From Lytechinus pictus (taxonomy: Eukaryota), in the NCBI RefSeq assembly GCF_037042905.1, contig NC_087252.1, positions 4,838,001 to 4,902,000 of the forward strand: DNA of 64,000 nt, given 5' to 3'. Position 1 is the stretch's first letter; each line of letters opens with the position of its first letter. Below are positions 13,001 through 24,140 of this stretch, piece by piece. Position numbers and translations under genes: made by a program. Under the pieces are notes generated by a model. It made no database searches. It was not told where the DNA came from and saw only the letters and a list, made by a program, of their open reading frames with translations.

Positions 13001-16000
13001 TCATTTTAATCTATTTTTCAAAATAATCACCATCTTTTCATGTACCAAAATAACAGAGCAGTTGTACCAGTATGACATCACACATTTTGTTGCATTGCCA
13101 ATTGAAAAACATCCATACTATTATTGGTCTCAACATTCAAGTGCTTAAGTTTTTTCCCCAAAATTTGTCAGAGTTTCATTGAATAGTTTCTTCCATTTAT
13201 CTGTTTTCTATCCGTTTACTGGTTTCATAAATTTTGCTTTCAATAAATATCGTACGTACCGCCTCGTCAATTCTCTTTTCATTATCCTTCGGGCCATCTA
13301 ACAGCTCGATGTTGATATCTCCACACTTCCATTCTATGAACATGGGTTGGGGAGGAAACAGCTTTCTGTATTCTGACATTTCTTCTTTTACTTTCTGTAT
13401 ATTGGTGGGGGAGGGAGTGGTGGTGAAGAGACAAAAAAACAGTTGAAAATAAAGTCACCCCTTCAGCACACCTTGAGCATGTCAATAAAGCAGATGAAAA
13501 ATCAATTATAAAACACTCTCCAGGGCTACTTTTTGAGCTCAACAGCCAGGGAAAAAAAATACCTGGATGCTTGGGGCAATTAGCCCCCAAACACTCAAAA
13601 GAGCCCCCCCCCCATCCCCATTCACTGCCATGTTAAAGCTTATTCAATTCAGCAGATTTAGACAGTAGGTTGTGAAAAGTGAAAAATTAATATTTGCTAC
13701 GTTGTATTACACTATACATTGGCCTCTTCATGAATTTTAAAGGGTTCCTTTTCAGTTTTCCTAGGGGGGGGTGTTTCACAAAGAATTTTGTATGACTTAT
13801 AGAGTCGCGCTTAAATACCGATACGCACGTGATATGTTACGCGTAATCTTCATGATAAATATGCAGTTGCGCACGTCCGCTTAATATTAACTGCCTTTTA
13901 TACCACGCGTAACTTGGAATTTAAGTGCGACTCTTGGTCATATTTAATCTTTGTGTAACACCCCCTACCCCCCCCCCCCCGCTTTTTCGGGGCATGTCTA
14001 GGGCAAACTAACCCAAAGACCTGTGTAATTTTTTTCCCTGCAAAAGATGAAGGTCTTGAATAGATGGAATATGGTGGAACAATTCATATCACTCCTGAAA
14101 ATAAAGACATACGTATCGTATAATAAAAAAAGAACAAGTCTCAAACAAACAAAAACATAGCACAAACTCATGACATCATTCATTATGATGCCAGGACTCA
14201 CTTAATTTGATGTCTTTATGATTTAAATTATGCCTTGAGTTTGTATGCAAAGCTTTATTGTCTGTCTGAATTTGTACAAACTTTGTTCAAACGTTCGCCT
14301 TTCTGCTCCACTAATTTTCATGCTTTCTTTCATTTCTTTCTCATTTCGTTAAAAAAATAATCCAATCATTTATTTTGCTGCCTCTAACGTTACCTTAATT
14401 ACTTCTGTAAGGTCATCATACAAGCAGAGAAGCATAATATGAGAGAAACCCTTTCTTGCAGGTGGGCGAAAGAATGGCGTGCAATTGATCCTCTTCCCAA
14501 TAAAATAGCGGGTGAAAACAGCGACGATCCACCACTCTGAGAAATGATCGACAAAGAAATCCAAGTCCTTAGTCCTGACCTCACAACGTGGATAACCGTT
14601 GACAGATGAAGGGATTCTTTCAAAAGGTTCCAAATCTACAAGCATGTTAGTAGAAAAATGATAACAATTGTCAACAAGATTAACTGATGAACGATGACAA
14701 AAAAATTTACGTGGAACAGAAGTTAACTGTAAAATCAGTATCATAGTAATGAATATTAATTCAAGCAAAAATAATTACATTTTTTCATGAAAATGCTTTA
14801 CGGGTTGCATATCAGGCCATCCCATATATACTGTACTTAGACTATTATAAAAGTGAAATATATTTTTAGAAATAAAATATTTCAAGCATGGCAATTGGTC
14901 ACAACCTGTCAGCTAAGATGTAACCAATTCCACTAAGTAAAAAAAAAGTGGTACTGTAAAACCAAGCATATTGGCGCTATCCAGAAGATGAAAAAAAGCA
15001 CCAAAATTGTACTTTAAAGGCTTTTTGAAGACTCATGGTTTCAGTGTTATTTTATATAACAAATAATGCACTGCTGTCATTGGCAATGCAGCGAAAGCTG
15101 TGTTTCAGATGGTGCACATTTGGCAATCGCCTGCAGCACCCATCTCCCTGTGCCCTGCTTTTCCACTCAAGCTCTCAGTTCTATGTATTATTGTTATAAT
15201 AATAAAGTACTTATCACTCTTACCATTGCTGCGTGTGTAGAAGACAATTTCTGCACGCGTTGGATGAGAGAAATATGCATTGTGGTCCAATGTGACCTTG
15301 AGAGGTTTGCTGAGTTTAGCACCGGATGGTGAGAATTTGACCCCTGATGAAATAATTGCTTCATTCTCTTGGAGGACCAGCTCTCGGGGAGTGTCTGTTA
15401 TGAATTCCCATTGAGCTTCATTAACATCTGAAATATACATTGTCGGAGAAAGAGGAAAAATTATATTTATATAAAGTTTATTATTACGAGCACCATTGTC
15501 ATCTTCACTGTCACCTTGATGAAGACCATATTATGATCATTATCATCAAGAAAATCATGATTGCAATCATACCTACCACACAAGACAAGCATCTAATATG
15601 CATTTGTATAACCCTCGCACACTGTTGGCTCACAAATCTATCAGACTTTATGGACCTGATGTTTGGAATTCGATACCTACTAGTACTAGGAATATATTAT
15701 CAGTGCATTCCTTCAAAAGTGCGGTAAAACGCATACTTGTCTCTAAGATGTAATTTTGTTGTACTGTATATTTTAAACTTAAATATTGATATAATTTCAA
15801 TTATTATTACGCCTCACACACTCCTTGTAAATATTTGTAAATAGTTGTGGAACATAATAATTTGTTATTTGGTTTTCTTTCTTTGTTTGTTAGTTGTTTT
15901 TTTTTCTTTCCCCTCTTTGTGTAATCGTATTGTTTTTATATTCATGTATGTATTTCATATATCCAAAGGTCTGACAACAGCTCAAGCATCTGCTTATTTT

Positions 16001-19000
16001 GTCATACCACTGCATGTCTGCAACCTTGTTATAATCAGTTATGTTATGTTAATCATCATAATCATACATTAGTATCATGTAAAATTTAATGTAATCAATT
16101 TTGTGATGGTCACACTATGTACATTGTCATGACATGCAGAAACAAATAAATAAATAAAATTAAAAAAAATAACTTAGAAATTGTTTATGGATCTAGTTCA
16201 CGAAACGTGGACATACATGTAGGGTAATCAAGTATCACTGATCGTTCTGCATGAATATTAGGTCATGATCAATGTCGAATTAAGGGTCAATGAATGTAGT
16301 ATTTTATATAAATGATATGTGAATGGTGTTTTTTTGTGAATAATTATTCAAAGTCAGCACTGTTGCTATATTGAATCGCGTAATGCAGGCGAGACAGCCA
16401 GAGGCATTCCACTTGTTTATAAACATTATAAATATCTTTATTTTCCACCCAAGTATCTTTTGCTTTATCCCGCCATTTCCAAAACGTACCAAGTTTAAAA
16501 ATCCTTGTGCCATCAATGCCTCCGAAATGTCAGCTTTGCAGATGTGGTTTTTTTTTAGGAAGACTTCTAAATCATTAAATCCACTATCCCTCCCGGAAAT
16601 AAATGTACTAATAGATTGAGGACATTATATGAGACTTTCTTTTCTTTCCGCCTACGTCTATTTACTCTTTGATCAATTGATTGTGCTCATTTCTTATTAA
16701 TGCAGGGGATTTCCCCTCACTTTTCTCATACTATTTCTATTTCTATTCTTAAAATTAGAAAAATACAATAGAGCCTATTGAGGATATATATTGAACCTGA
16801 ACTATAAATACTTTTAGATTTTTTTTCCATTTTAAATACTTTAAGAAAAAACTTTCAATTGCCCATGGTTAAAATCCCAATTTATTACCAAAGCTTTGCT
16901 TTGTAATAAGTCCCTCATTTTAATTTTCATAATGAACTATGACCTGTAATTTTTAATTATCAAAACGTGTTTTGAAACTACGATTTACTTATCTACCGAT
17001 CACTCTTGTTTATTATTTGTAACTGAAGTATCTATTTATGACGTTTATTCTGCTTTATGTATTATGTATCATACATGTTTGTTGTTATGTTTATTATCTG
17101 AATATGAAAATAATCACCATCATCTTCATTATCATCACTAACACCATCTCCATCATCATCATCATCATCTCCATCTCCATCATCACCATCATCATCATCA
17201 TCACCACCACCATCTCAATCACCATCGTCATCATCATCATTATCTCCATCTCCATCATCAGCATCATCATCACCATCACCATCATCATTATCTCCATCAT
17301 CATCATCACCATCACCATCTCCATCATCATCACCATCACCATTGTCACCATCATCACTATCACCATCTCCATCATCATCATCATCTTCATCATCACCATC
17401 ATCATCATCATCACCATCACCATCATCATCATCATGAGCGTAGTGGTTTCGAAGTACACCATGTATTTTAATGTGGGCATATGTTGGTCCTGAAAAAGTC
17501 TTTTTCTTCTCAGATGGTAATTAAGAACAGTCGGAACATAAAGTTTGGGTGAAACCACTACTCTTCTTCGCCATGGAAACCTTCAGAAGTTACATCATCA
17601 TCATGATCATCATTGCCATCCTTACCATCATCATAATCTTTACCATTATCATCATAATCATCATCAACATCCTCACAATCACCGTGATTTTGACCATCAA
17701 CCTAATTCATAAATTTTTATGTAAATGATTTTTTTAAATCAATAGAACACATCTATCCCCCAAATTCCTGTGAGAAATACTCACCAATACGTCCTCTTTC
17801 TACCTCTGTATTTCTTCTCTGATTTGCTCTCCTTTCTTCTCTCTGACTTGTGAACAGTAGCCACTGAACCATTAAATATGTTACCATATGCATGACACAC
17901 TTCTGGATTGGCAGACCATAGAAAACTTTCACCAAGAAAAGGAGCGAGAAATTCTCTGTTGATGTTTCGATAGAAGCAAACTGATCAATCAAGTCATCAA
18001 GGCTGTATCCCTCTGTCTTTCTATTGTCTGACCAGATTTTGTAACGGTAGTAGAGATACATCAATAGACCTACGTCCTCTACACCTAATTGTGGTGTAAG
18101 AGCTGATCTGCCTTTTCCCGGTACACTGGATAGTGGTGTAAGAAACCCTCGTCTTATTACAGTTTGTTCATCGCCGAGCTGTCGTAATGCAAGTGAAACC
18201 CTTGCCAACCTGATCAAAATTAAATATGTAAAGAAAATTCTGTGATTAAACTATGAAAACTAAAACTTATAATTTAAATTCAATGAGGGATAGGAAAGAT
18301 CATTTGAAAGGCATTTTATACAAAATAGAGGAAATTCATGGCATTGAAATCTATGCAAACCTGCTAAACATTCAATAATGCAGATTAATTGGACTATTAT
18401 CAACCAGGACTATCAATGGGTCTCTGTACCGTTTGTCTCTATTCAGTAGATGTTGAATAAGCAATGTTTACAGCTGTGACAAGAGCAGAACAGTAGAAGT
18501 AGGTTTAAGGATCCTCTGGACTATATTCAACCACTACTTACTGCCTACATCTGCAGCATTTGATAAGCTTAACATTGCAATGAATGGGGATTTCCAGGGT
18601 TACTTTTGGAGTTTTCAGGGTTCTTTTTAGCATTTCTGGGCTGATTTCGCCCTGAGCCCTTGTGTAATTTTTCCGTTATCAACTTACATTTTCAATTCTG
18701 ACAATTTGACTCAAGTTTGTTAGATTGTTGATTGGTCTATACATGTACCTGCTTTGTCTTATTTCAGTTTGGTCTCATCCCACATGATCTTATCCTAGTT
18801 TGTCTAAAACCAGTTTTTCAAATAACCACTTGGTGTAACAAAAATACTAATAGAACATTTACCATTTATCTGACTTTCACTTAGGCCATCATTCTGTCTA
18901 ATATCCACATGATCTAACACAACTTAATCTGAATGGTTTACAAATCAAATTGAAGATGAAGTGTACAAAAGATCAACTGGCCAGTTGACTAAATGACAAT

Positions 19001-21535
19001 TAGACTAAGTGGCTTTTTGACAGAGAGCAATGTAGACCAAATGGCAATTAGAACAAATTAATAATAATAATAATAACGCAGTTCTTGTATAGCGCATATA
19101 ACATTATGTCATAACGTCCCTATGCGCTTCCAAAGGACTTGGATATTATAATATAATAGTAGACCAAATGTGTTTAACCCATGTTGTATTAAGATTGCTT
19201 GAGTAGTAGACCAAGGGCATAATGTATAAAACTAAATTTAACCAGTAATTTATCAAAAATCACATTTTACACTTAACCGTTTATTCTCATCTTTTATACA
19301 AATATACTCCATCTGGTAATAAATTCAAACTTGAATCTCTTGCCAATATCATACAGGATTAATTATGACATGCTTTACCACCAGCAGGAATTTAAAGCTA
19401 TAAATCAACCAGTATTTTTATTCAGAAGTCTTGTTTAACTTTATAAGCAAAGGTCTAAGTTGTGTTAAGGCTATTGAAAGATGAAATGATGAAGAAACTT
19501 ACTTCATTTATGAATGATCTGAGTGTCAAGTGAGCTGATATATTAAATCTACATTAAAAATTTGTTTCACAATAAGCCAGTTCGTAGTTCCATTCTGCGC
19601 ATGATCAGAAGATTCTGCGCATGATCAGAGGAAGGTCATTGGTACTAAAGTGCATGGTGGTTTAAAATTTAATGAGATAAGCACCAACTTTGATTTCTTG
19701 ATTATTCAGTTATTCTTTTGAATTGTGTTTTTCATTCACATCCACAAAGAACAACAATGCGTCCACGAACGATATTGGTATGGTATTTTACAGTTTGTCA
19801 AGTACATTGTACAGCATGCTATAATATGCATTCAGAGTAGAAATACAACAAATACCTTCATGGAGTCTTCACTGGTGTGCTATTCTAGTCACCTGGTATA
19901 ATTCAATTTCTTCATCCTGCTATGTAAGGCATGCATACATAATATCTTGCTTTGAAATCTGCCTATCATAATGAAATAAATGCAAGGTCATTTGACCAAA
20001 ATTGTCCATGAAGTAACTACGAACTGGTCAATTGGCCAGCCACAGTTAAACCACATCTTTAGACCAGAGTCTGAATTAAAACTTAGTATAGATAGAATAC
20101 AAGCTACTTGAAGGGAAAGTTCACCCTGACACTAAGTTGGATCTAAAAGCTATTTTTTTGGTGAATGTTTTATGAAAATCCATACATGTATCAATAATCA
20201 GAGTTAAGAATTTCTAAAATTACTAGCATGTGATGGCATATGCGAGCAGCTCCCCAATATATCATGTAACATAATTTTTTTTTTTTTTAGGAAGGGGTAT
20301 GAAATGATAATACAGTCGCCTAAAAAGTAAAATCACTTTCAACTTTTATATAAAATTGCATTTTTCAGGATTTACATTACCCAACATATAGAGGAGAATA
20401 TTAATCTATGATATCACAAAATCAAAACTTTAAAAATTAATACAATTTTGTTTGGTCTTTTTCAACAGACTTTAATCAAACATCCACCAATACTTTTATT
20501 GAATTTTCTTTCATTAAAACCAACTTATCATGATGAACTTCTTCTTTAATACATTCTTTATGATATAATTATTTACTCTTGATTCTCTATTGGTCCTTGA
20601 TCCACAGGCAAATCTAGAGATGTATCACTTCCTTCTTCCAAAGTACTTTCTGAAAAGATATTGATATCCATTTGACCAATCATATTTCATTCCCCATCAA
20701 TGACCCATTTCATAAAACTTGTTATTGCATTAACAGTATAAAGCTACTGAAATCATTCAATATGATTGGCTGATTGTAATCTTGCTACAGAAATTGTGCA
20801 TTTGTTATTATAAAAATCTTTATGAAACACCCTGGGGGGGGGGGGGCACTTCCATTGATGAGTGGATACCATGTGTGACCATGGGGTCTCGAAAAGCACC
20901 CTAAACACGTATTTTCCATATTCTGAAAATGCACCCCTTAACAAGTATTGGCGTGTGAAACCCTACCCTTAACAAGTATTAGAAACAAAACAATACTCTT
21001 GGCAAGATTCCCTGAATTGACCCCCTAAACAAGTACAATGATATTTTTATTGTTACAGTATGTGCACTGTCGTCGGTTTTACCTGATTGGGCTTAGTACA
21101 GCCCCTGCACCTCCCACATCTCGTGCAAAATCATCGTGCCAACTAATCCCAGTAAATTACCATTGACCATTGAATTACATACAAATAGTAATTAATTTTA
21201 AATTGAAAAATAGTGCCCCCATTGCCCCCCCCCCCCATCCAAAAATATAATTCATATATTCTTTTGATTTTTCTTTGTCCAAATGCAAGTTCTGCAAGAA
21301 TATTTCCTACTTCCTCAGTAATTAACATGGACTACTTTAAAATTGGCAAGTATGGTGGTTGTGGTTAGATGTCTTCTTGTCTCTAAACATAGTTGCAAGA
21401 ACGCTACCTACCTCCTTGGTCTTTAAGACGTTCATATAAGAATTGCTGAAATAAATCCTCTCCTTTTACTTCTTGTTTCAAATTTCTTTCGAGTGTGAGT
21501 TCTCCTCTTGGCTCAGATGGTTCTTTTCCAGCCAT
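9798..21535 (-). CDS. Putative ~591-aa protein: Bcl-2-like (BH3) domain + ZU5/UPA-like region + death domain. Coding exons (minus strand): 21535-21412, 20649-20577, 18209-17785, 15427-15224, 14635-14394, 13394-13260, 12335-12170, 11236-11089, 10056-9798
   Basis: Nine exons with GT-AG boundaries join in phase into one stop-free 1776-nt ORF. The ATG has good context (aaaccATGg) and an in-frame TAG just upstream. Motifs: LARVSLALRQLGDE (BH3), SSGVKFSPSGAKLSKPLKVTLDH and FVDHFSEWW (ZU5-like), C-terminal death-domain pattern. Confidence 0.82.
11089..11236 (-). CDS. Novel gene coding exon 8: Ala/Thr-rich linker
   Basis: DPATTTAAASTKVARAKPAAMTSAITTTPATALTTATTAAMVAAAATPAE; phase 1-to-2 fits the neighbours; donor GA|gtaagt. 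Confidence 0.75.
12170..12335 (-). CDS. Novel gene coding exon 7 (UPA-like, beta-rich)
   Basis: HVDEQDFQRLDRRQLTFDVMSSVTDPSQRFFRFKLKQV..LRFILPYD; acceptor ctctttcaagtag|, donor G|gtacgt. Confidence 0.78.
13260..13394 (-). CDS. Novel gene coding exon 6 (UPA-like)
   Basis: KVKEEMSEYRKLFPPQPMFIEWKCGDINIELLDGPKDNEKRIDEA; 135 nt, phase 0-0, GT-AG. Confidence 0.8.
13762..13966. mobile_element. MITE, same family as 41035-41245
   Basis: ggggtgtttcacaaagaa...atctttgtgtaacacccc with a similar interior. Confidence 0.75.
14394..14635 (-). CDS. Novel gene coding exon 5: end of ZU5 region with HFS motif, start of UPA-like domain
   Basis: DLDFFVDHFSEWWIVAV..MLLCLYDDLTEVIK; cttgtag| acceptor, AAG|gtaacg donor. 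An alternative in-phase donor at 14403 is possible. Confidence 0.85.
15224..15427 (-). CDS. Novel gene coding exon 4: ZU5-like segment
   Basis: ENEAIISSGVKFSPSGAKLSKPLKVTLDHNA matches the ZU5 'SPVVxxGPxGxxFxKPVxLxLPH' pattern; phase 1-1. Confidence 0.85.
17110..17435. repeat. (CAT/CAC)n trinucleotide tract
   Basis: Direct inspection; intronic. Confidence 0.92.
17785..18209 (-). CDS. Novel gene coding exon 3: BH3 motif plus degenerate Bcl-2 core helices
   Basis: 425-nt open exon within ORF 17753..18217; tttgatcag| acceptor and G|gtgagt donor. LRQLGDE is at 18187-18167. Confidence 0.78.
20577..20649 (-). CDS. Novel gene coding exon 2: acidic loop (E)STLEEGSDTSLDLPVDQGPIENQ(E)
   Basis: 73-nt exon, tcttttcag|...GA|gtaaat. 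Its phase 1-to-2 boundaries bridge the flanking exons exactly. Confidence 0.72.
20830..21140. mobile_element. Truncated copy of the 55961-56510 element
   Basis: Reverse-complement similarity; the ORF track gives near-identical spurious 'MLRGAFSEYG..' peptides at both sites. Confidence 0.8.
21412..21535 (-). CDS. Novel gene coding exon 1: MAGKEPSEPRGELTLERNLKQEVKGEDLFQQFLYERLKDQG (resembles alpha1/BH4 helix of BAX/BAK)
   Basis: Acceptor ttcattttcag (AG at 21559-21558), ATG at 21535, donor G|gtaggt (phase 1). Confidence 0.75.
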
Positions 21536-22247
21536 GGTTTGGGTATACTTCTAGGACCTGAAAATGAACAGAATAACTTGAAAAATGATTCCAAATTCAA
21601 ATCATCAACTTTCTAATCATAAATCAGGTCAGAAAGGTTGATCATTGACAGATTTCTCAATAACTAATCACTGATTTTGAAAAGTTTGGAAAAAAAGATA
21701 AATCATTATGTCGCCAGGGTGTTCAAACCTTATCTCAAATTTAATAAAAACAGAGTAATAAGGGCAGTTCGATCAGAACAAGCTTGAAGTGAGGTTGCCA
21801 ATATTCCAATATTTTTAAAAACAAGCTTTTTTCTGAGCTTTTTGATAATACAACCATGTTTTTTTTATAATAATTTTTCTATTTTCATCCAATTCTTTCT
21901 CTTGATAGGGTGGACCTTTCTGTACCTAGCAGCTCATTAACTTTGTGACAGTATCAGTAGTTAATTTTGGTGTGGAAATGACCAACTACGAACAACAATA
22001 ACAACGTTTAACATGTTTAAGTTTACTCAAAGTCTCAAATACTAATTGTCGATACTCAAGCTCTGCTCACAAGCTCTATGGGCATGGAACATGAAAACAA
22101 GGTTGAAGTGGTGAAATGACTTGACCTTGACCCACATGACACAAAAGGTGAAAGTAAACTGACAATACCTATCCCTGGTATCATAATTATCTGCAATTTT
22201 GCATGATTTCAGAAGAAAAAAACCCAAACTGGCATTATATTTGTTAA

Positions 22248-22842
22248 AGGACAAGTCCACCCCTACAAAATGTTGATTTTAATAAAAAGAGAAAAATCCA
22301 TCAAGCATAACACTGAAAATTTCATCAAAATCGGAAGTAAAATAAGAAAATTATGACATTTAAAATTTTGCTTAAGTTTACAATTTTTTATAGGTCTATG
22401 CACATCTCTGTTGGTATGCAAATGAGGGAACTAAATAATGATATCACTCACTCACTATTTCTTTTGTATTTTATTATATGAAATATAAAATATTTTAATT
22501 TTCTCCTCCTTATCCTGTGAAACAAAGTTTTATTCCTCCCTGATCATGTGGAATTACCATTGTTTAACATTTTATGGTTCAGTCAAGTTGGTCCTTATTT
22601 TCAAATCTGTAAGTGTAAAAAGTTAAATATTGTATAATTCAAACAATAAAAAACAAAATAAATAATGAGTGACATCGATTCTTTCATTTGCATGTGACTA
22701 AATTTTGCATGTAGGCCTAACTATTTTGTGAAAAATAAGCGAAACTTTAAATGTCACAACTTTCTTATCTTACATCTGAAAAAGATGCTTGTCTGATTTT
22801 TCTCTATTGATTCAACTCAATTTTCTGAGATGGACTTGACCT
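22248..22842. mobile_element. Non-autonomous DNA transposon, TTAA TSD, AG..CT termini (Kolobok-like)
   Basis: ttaa|aggacaagtccac...tggacttgacct|ttaa; homologous to 45673-46258 and 58042-59429. Confidence 0.8.
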
Positions 22843-23209
22843 TTAATTTGTTGACCCTGACCTACCCTTGGCCTGACTCACTTAGCAGCCATGCCCACCA
22901 TGTTAATTTTCTCTGTGAAGATTTCCAACTTTCAAACATGCAATTGATCATTTAAAACTTAAGTTAAGCCAAACAACAGTAGGATGGGGGGTCGGGTGTC
23001 CGGACACTTTATATTTTTGAAGCCTTCTTTTTTGTCTTTGGATTACACTAAAAATACGAATTCAATAGTTGTAATTATCTTCTATTTTGTTTTCTATAAT
23101 ACCGGGTATTTCCTAACATTTTGTACTAAAAATTGATAAACCTTCCCTTGTAAATTTTTCCAAATGACTTCCTAAAATTGATCGTCCGGACACACAACCT
23201 GTCCGGACA

Positions 23210-23506
23210 TAGTCTTGAGGACGCAATGATGACTTTTTAAATACCGTCATATACTTCTTCATCATTGACGTCTTGACACTCTCTCCATAGTCTCATAAGA
23301 GAAGGTCCAAAACAAAGATGGATTTCGCTCGGAAATCCATCTTTTAAAACATAAATGAATTTAAATTTATGAATTTTATTGATTTCTACACCTTCCTACA
23401 CCTAATGCGTAGGAAGGTTTAAAAAAATCTACGGTAAAAATGATACAATGATGAAGAAGTATATGACAGTATTTAAAAAGTCATCATCATTGCGTCCTCA
23501 AGACTA
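23210..23506. repeat. Foldback inverted repeat (~58-bp arms) with internal hairpins; probable MITE
   Basis: tagtcttgaggacgcaatgatg..cttcttcatcattg (23210-23267) versus caatgatgaagaag..cattgcgtcctcaagacta (23446-23506). Confidence 0.8.
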
Positions 23507-23977
23507 ACTTAGTCCGGACACACAACAACTGGGTAGGCCTTGGGCCTAAAATTAATGGAGAAGTGAACCAGTGACAGTAGTGTCCTGTACTGTACTGTCA
23601 TGACTGTAGTGAAGTTCAAACTTCAAGTTCGACGCTGACCCACCAGGACATGATCCGGCCAACCTAAAACGTAAAGAGAAAGAATTTGGAACTGAATACA
23701 GAGTCATAATGACTTCGTTCAGTATATTCCCTAAGTATCCTAAGTAAGAAATGTAACTAGGAGTCCAAGGACTGAGTCACAGCTCAGGCTCAGCCAGGCA
23801 TGGCAGTTTGGCACAGCAGCTGAGAGCGGATACGGTGTGTGTCGTCGAGCGGACTCATACTGGAAACCACGCCGGTCAACACGGCGCGGCCGGGGTCTAA
23901 ATTAGGCCTAAAAGAAAAAAAACTACCACAACCTATAGCTATACCCGGTCCCCCCAAAAAAACAATCCATAACTCAC

Positions 23978-24140
23978 GAAGAGAAGAACAATCCCCTGAC
24001 AATGTTCCGATTATTGTGGTTCTTTTACAAGTAGGTTTTCTCGCTAGAAATGTATGTACCGAACAGGATCTAGGTCCATGATCTCACCCAAAACAGAAGA
24101 TCAGCGAAACAGAAGGGAGAAGATCGGTTATGAAGCGCCG
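23978..24140 (-). other. Probable non-coding first exon/promoter region of the BH3-ZU5-DD gene
   Basis: Donor-like ttc|gtgagt at 23977, local CpG enrichment at 23800-23900 and a CRE-like TGACGTGA at 24185-24192. The TSS cannot be determined. Confidence 0.35.

Noticed and set aside
14399..14623. 74-aa ORF MKESLHLS.. as the coding frame
   Set aside because: It is an alternative frame of exon 5; splice phases and the HFS/ZU5 motif support the other frame.
17785..18209. Exon 3 read as a second death domain or a TM receptor segment (UNC5-like receptor)
   Set aside because: No signal peptide or Ig/TSP ectodomain, and the hydrophobic stretch is interrupted by K/P/Q/H. The ordered alpha1-loop-BH3-BH1-like pattern fits a Bcl-2 fold better, although this needs structural confirmation.
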